DNA from: Octopus bimaculoides
Lineage: Eukaryota
DNA length: 40,292 nucleotides
Assembly (NCBI RefSeq): GCF_001194135.2
Contig: NC_068985.1
Span: 95,726,246 to 95,766,537 of the forward strand
Direction: 5' to 3'
The notes under the pieces: model-generated
Seen by the model: the letters and a program-made list of their open reading frames with translations, nothing else
Told to the model about the DNA's origin: nothing
The model's database searches: none
Shown here: piece by piece, positions 33,984 through 40,292 of the stretch
Layout: each line of letters starts with the position of its first letter
Position numbering within the stretch: position 1 is the first letter of the stretch
Translations under genes and position numbers: made by a program

Positions 33984-34400
33984 TGTATCCTAATGTTACG
34001 TACAATACATGCAGATTGAAAACACACTACAATGCTTTATTCTCAAGCAGTTGTGGAGGTTGTAAGTGTAAACCACGTTGATATAATAACGAACAGCTTA
34101 AATATGAAATATGAAGACGTGAAGATCGTAAACTGCTAGCGTGAATGTGTGTGTGTGTGTGTGTGCGTGGAAGTAGACGTGCATGTATTGTGTGTATGTA
34201 TAAACATACGTATGTATTCACACAACTATGTGTGTGTGTAGAGAGAGAGAGAGAGAGAAAGGGAGAGACATATTTATATGCATATCTATGCATATAAATA
34301 TATACATATATAATATATACATACATACATACATGATAGATAGATAGGTCGATAGATAGATAGATAGACAGACAGATAGATAGAGGGTGAGTGAGCAAGC
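33860..34400. repeat. (TA)n, (GA)n, (TG)n and (GATA)n microsatellite cluster
   Basis: Directly visible. Confidence 0.9.
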
Positions 34401-36141
34401 ATAAACCCCCACCTGCTACCGTAACATCTTGAACCGAACAGAAACAAAACAAACGAGGACATGCACACACACAAATACATTCACACAAGCATGCGTCTCT
34501 TACCTGTCCACACCATTAATTCTAATAGATTCTTCAAATCGCTACATGTGACAGGCAGGGATCTTACACCGCACCAGCAGTAGCAGCAGCGGTGGTGGTG
34601 GTAGTAGTAGTGATGGTGGTGGTGGTAATGGTTGCGAAGATGATAGTGGTGTTGGAGATGATGGTGGTGGTGGTGGTGGTGGTAATGGCTGTGAAGATGA
34701 CAGTGGAGGTGGCGGTGGTGGTTGTGATGATGATGGTGGTGGTGGCGGAGGCGGTAGTTGTAATAATGATGACGATGGCGGTGGTAATTGTGGAGGTGAT
34801 GGTGGCGGAGGTGGCGATGGCAGTGATAGTGATGGTGGGGGAGGCGGTGGTTGCTGATGTGTGAAAAGACGAGGCGTGGATGTAAGCAGGTTTTGGCTAA
34901 CAAATAGCCCAAAACAATTTGCCTCACACACATACACTACACACACATGCACATTTACATGCACACGTACGCACAAGCACATCTGAGAAGACACATACAT
35001 AACGTGCACATGCGCACGTATCTTTACATAAATGTATGTTTGATGACACAAAATGGAAAATAGAATTCAAAAGATGGGTATTTCTTTATTCTTAATGACC
35101 AGCAGAAGCTTACAGTGTGACTCAATGACTGAGAGTTTCGTTTCTGTGCGTCATAATGAACCTCCCTAGATACAAGAGAGAGAGAGAGAGAAGAGGAAGG
35201 AATGAATTACACTGAAACGTTTATAAACATGCGCGCCCGCGCACATACAAGGAAGCCGATATGTGGTCGATCAACTTGCTAGAAATTCTTGTCAAATCTC
35301 TCTCAAAATAAAGACCCCCGTTGCCTTAATCATTGAAGGATATCATATAGGGACGAAAAACGTAGGGGTGGTCACTGTTAAAAAGTCTTTGATTACAGGA
35401 CTGCTAGATTTGGGCAGATTTGAAACTAATAACGCACATAAACGCGCGTGCGCTTGTATACAAACTTGCATTTAGACAATAGACAGTATATACGCATATA
35501 TCGTTAGGTGTATACACACGCACAAATATTTATACATACAAACACTTATAAAGAAACACACACCAGAATTTACACACACACATAAGCATACATATGTATG
35601 TATACCTATATATATACATATATATAGGTATACAAAATTATATTTATATATGCATACACACATACATGTATACACACACACACACACATCGGAACGAAAT
35701 TTGCTTAGGGGTTGTTGCAAACCCAGTTTTTTCAGGACTTCAAAACGTATTCATTGCCCCCGCCAAAAAAAATTAGGTGCTGCGCTTGCACTCTCCTGTT
35801 CCCAAGCCTATGGACATGGGTGATGAAAATGGAGTTTTAGAAACTAGGGGACACATGGTCCAAGAGGCTTGATTCTAAAGTCACCCCATCTCACAGAAAT
35901 AGGGTATTTCGTACCCCGCTGCACTTATCCCTCGTTTCTCTCATGGACATATACATACACACACACACACATTAACCCGTATATACACAAACAAATACAC
36001 GCACACTTACATAAAACAAATAGCTGAAGAAATCGGAACGACGAGGCATTACGTCATTTGTCCAGATTTACTATGAAAACTTACACACATGCTCACACAC
36101 TCACAGATGGTCTGGCATAAAAATGTCACACACACACACAA

Positions 36142-36177
<36 letters not shown>

Positions 36178-37708
36178 GTATGTGTGCGTACAAGAGGGGG
36201 TTAAAACCTCAGGCAGAACCCTCCTGATCTAGCAGACCTTTATACAAAGACGTTCCAGCTTTGACAGTCACCCAAGTTTTTGTATGCGTAAGTAAGGAAA
36301 GCAGTTTAACAAAAGTGTCCTATTTTTTTAAGACGGTGAATGATCTGAGGAGAAATTTCAGTTTTTAGTAGTGCATAACCACGTACAAGCACCCTTCATT
36401 CGCTCGTGTTTTTCTATGAATATCTATATACGTACGTAGGGGCGCTTTCGTGACATATCTTAGTCACTTTCAACCTGATAGAATCTCTCTCTCTCACACA
36501 CACACACACCAGGTTTGACGACAGCTGATCTTTTTTTCCAAAGAGAAAGCGAGGGTGCGAGAAAGACAGAAAAAATATGAAGGGTCACTCCAGAACAGGT
36601 CCTTTTATACTCGATCCTGGAAGAAATGAAATGCAAAATTAAGCTATCTGGCATTCTAACGAATCTGCCAATTTGTCTTCATACATCTGTGTGTGTGTGT
36701 GTCTGTGTCTGTGTGTGTGTGTGTGTGTGTATACACATACATGCATTTATACATACACCCGTATACTGCTTGACAACCGGTATTTGTTTGTTTACGTCCA
36801 AGTAACTTAACGGTTCGGCAAAAAAAGGAACCGATGAGAAAAGTAGCCGCTTTAAAAGCAAATAACTACTGGAGTCATTTATTTAGCTGAAACCCTTCAA
36901 GGTGGTGCAACAGCATGGCCGCAATCCAATGATTGAAACAGCTAAAAGAAAAGACAGACAGGCGTGAACGACATACACATACATACACGTGTGTATGTAT
37001 GTTGATATTCATGTATTGTGTATCAATTCACCGAAATACGTGTATACAAATGTATGTGTATGTGTGTGTATATGTGTATAAACATGCACACATGCGGACG
37101 TGCTTAAAGACATATATAATTGCAAACATAATTAAATATGCACACAACACAACAAACACATGCTCACAGACAATGTATAAACATACGTTCATTCACAAAG
37201 TCCGAGCCAGTGAGATAACCTCGCATGACCTGCTCGAAATAACAGTCGAATTCCCTTCAAAATCAAACCCTACCGTCTCGAATTGGACAATGTAATCCCC
37301 TAAATATAAGAATAGCGAAGAATGGAACGTATTTAACCATAAGTATATGTTCCACCAGAGCTGACCTAGAGATAAACGAAATAATAACATACACACAAGC
37401 ATTCGTGTAAATTCTACATACGTCACACAGATTAGTTTCCGATATCGCGACACACACAGATGTATATTGTTTTTTGTGCAATTTTGAATCATACATACAT
37501 ACATATACACACACACATATATATATATGGCATACACCTTAAATAAATATTGGGGGTAAGCAGTAGGTATTGGTAAAATAGCCAGCAAAATGCCTTAAAC
37601 ATTGAGGCGCTATTCAAAAATGTTTTTGTAAGAATTGCTTACTTAAATATATGCTTGTTTATGTGTGTATACATGTATGTGCATGTGTGCGTGTTGTGTG
37701 TGTGTATG

Positions 37709-37761
<53 letters not shown>

Positions 37762-38671
37762 CTGTGAGATTTACCTTGCGAATTATTCTACCGGCAAGGC
37801 GAAAGTAAAAGGCGAAACGACTGGAGTCGTATGTTGAGTTCATCGATATTAGGGATTTGATCTGAGAAAAAATGGTAATTTATCAATAGATAAACATCGA
37901 TTCTTTGTGAAAGATAGAAAGACACAGCAATGTGGAATAAGATAGATTGATAGATAGATAGATAGACAGACAGATAGATAGATAGAGAGGCAGATTGATT
38001 TATTGATGGACACAATGATGAATTCAATTAGACAGGCATAGCTATATAGAAAGGTATGTATACGTATACTATAAGGAAGTATATATAAATACGTACAAAC
38101 ACTACGTAGGTCCACTTTAGTAGAATTTAGTAGTTAACAATCAACTTACCTCTATGTAATATCCTACAAATATCCGTGGTGTATCGTTAATTTCCACTGA
38201 TGTAGTCCTTCATCTGTCACCACACCTCTCTCTAATTCTCTCTCTCTCATTCTTTCCCTCTTTCTTTCTCTCTCTTTCTCTCCCCTGTCTCAGCAATCGC
38301 TGCCTCCTACCTTTTCATTCTACGCTATGCTTTGTCACTCGAGTTGCTACACGCGCGCGCGCAAGCACGCACACACATACATACATACACATATACATTC
38401 TCTCACATATGGCTTGATACGCATCCACTCACGCATACCCAAACGCACACACTCATTTACGCTCTTTTTCTACCCTTTTTCTATTTTTTCCTTCTCGCTC
38501 TCTCTCTCTCTCTCACTCTTGTTATTTGTCACTTATGCTCTACTGCTCTCCCACCCTATCTCTTTCCTTCTTTCTGTCTTTTTCTTTCCCTCTCTCCCTC
38601 TCTTTTTCTCACACCCTCTTTTTGACTCTATTTGTCACTCTCCGCTTATGATTTACCACTTTTGAGCTCGC

Positions 38672-38703
<32 letters not shown>

Positions 38704-39759
38704 GTTCTGTCTCTCTCGCTCTNNNNNNNNNNNNNNNNNNNNNNNNNNNNNNNNNNNNNNNNNNNNNNNNNNNNNNNNNNNNNNNNNNNNNNNNNNNNNN
38801 NNNNNNNNNNNNNNNNNNNNNNNNNNNNNNNNNNNNNNNNNNNNNNNNNNNNNNNNNNNNNNNNNNNNNNNNNNNNNNNNNNNNNNNNNNNNNNNNNNNN
38901 NNNNNNNNNNNNNNNNNNNNNNNNNNNNNNNNNNNNNNNNNNNNNNNNNNNNNNNNNNNNNNNNNNNNNNNNNNNNNNNNNNNNNNNNNNNNNNNNNNNN
39001 NNNNNNNNNNNNNNNNNNNNNNNNNNNNNNNNNNNNNNNNNNNNNNNNNNNNNNNNNNNNNNNNNNNNNNNNNNNNNNNNNNNNNNNNNNNNNNNNNNNN
39101 NNNNNNNNNNNNNNNNNNNNNNNNNNNNNNNNNNNNNNNNNNNNNNNNNNNNNNNNNNNNNNNNNNNNNNNNNNNNNNNNNNNNNNNNNNNNNNNNNNNN
39201 NNNNNNNNNNNNNNNNNNNNNNNNNNNNNNNNNNNNNNNNNNNNNNNNNNNNNNNNNNNNNNNNNNNNNNNNNNNNNNNNNNNNNNNNNNNNNNNNNNNN
39301 NNNNNNNNNNNNNNNNNNNNNNNNNNNNNNNNNNNNNNNNNNNNNNNNNNNNNNNNNNNNNNNNNNNNNNNNTTATATACATTTAGCCCTCTTCCGTTCA
39401 TCTTTCTACTTTTCTCTCTTTATCACTGGGTCTTTCTCCACACCCCCTCTATATATGTGTGTGTGTGTGTGTGTTGGTGTGTTTATGTTCCCGAAACATA
39501 GCGTTTCGGCAAAGAGACTCGATAGAACAAGTTACTAGGCTTACAAAGTATAAGACCTGGGATCGATTTCTTCGACTAAAAGGCGGTGCTCCAGCATGGC
39601 CGCAGTCAAATGATTGAAACGTGTAAAAGAGAAAAAAAAGGGTATATACATGTATATATATATTGTTGTGTCTGAAGAGAGTTATTCTGTTCTAAAGCCT
39701 TATTAATTAACACACTAACCGGTTCGATTTCCACTCATACATATATATATATAGTGTAT

Positions 39760-40206
39760 ATAAATGCAGATATGTATATGTTTACGCGCTTCTGTGTGCG
39801 CACGTGCATGTGGTTGCGTGTGCACATACGACCGCGCGTGTGCGTGTGTATATATATACGTGCGCATGTATATGTATATATACGTGCGCATGTATATGTA
39901 GAAGTATGCATGTGTGTGTGTGTGTACATATATACATACATGCATACATACATACATCCATCCATACATACATACATACACGCATACATACATCCATACA
40001 CACACACGCGCGCGCACACATACACACACACATACATACATACATACATACATACATACATACGTGTTTTCTGTATTCCGTTTATCATTTTGCCTACGTT
40101 TTTTTTTTGCAACGTCCTGTACCCAGATATGCATCTATATATACATGTAGATGTAGGTATGTACATACATGTACGTATATACGTATATACTCATATATTA
40201 TTTGTA

Positions 40207-40245
<39 letters not shown>

Positions 40246-40247
40246 CA

Positions 40248-40279
<32 letters not shown>

Positions 40280-40292
40280 CACATACATAGCC
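39760..40292. repeat. (TG/CA)n and (TACA)n microsatellites enclosing a family P tail
   Basis: Directly visible. The family P tail lies at 40060-40208. Confidence 0.9.

Noticed and set aside
34481-35051. Poly-His, poly-Pro and poly-Val ORFs (150, 169 and 90 aa)
   Set aside because: These are translations of a degenerate (GGT/GAT)n repeat that is open in several frames on both strands, with no non-repetitive domain.
748-39501. Long ORFs spanning X residues
   Set aside because: They are artefacts of N-gaps lacking stop codons.

Overview
Eukaryotic, repeat-saturated, essentially non-coding DNA from a draft scaffold with seven N-gaps (about 2.4 kb in total). The tRNA-derived SINE families, the MITEs and the very high density of (CA)n/(TA)n/(GA)n/(GATA)n/(TACA)n microsatellites look like an Octopus genome, probably intronic or intergenic. 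That assignment is inference from pattern recognition, not a database result. No protein-coding gene can be called with confidence. Almost all ORFs in the track are translations of microsatellites, SINEs or N-runs, and only a few short, unverified exon candidates remain. Supported content: dozens of copies of several modular SINE families; piggyBac-like (TTAA), hAT-like (8-bp TSD), Tc1/mariner/Tigger-derived and MULE-like non-autonomous DNA elements, several of them nested; two mariner transposase peptide remnants; and a decayed tRNA-Asn(GUU). The most interesting observations are (1) a minimal type-I hammerhead-ribozyme motif in the loop of a 385-bp foldback element (6600-6984), (2) two GG...CC inverted-repeat elements built around telomere-like CCCTAA cores, one with a triplicated left end, (3) a near-perfect 79-nt hairpin, and (4) a CpG-decay contrast between repeat copies that may mark a germline-methylated domain.
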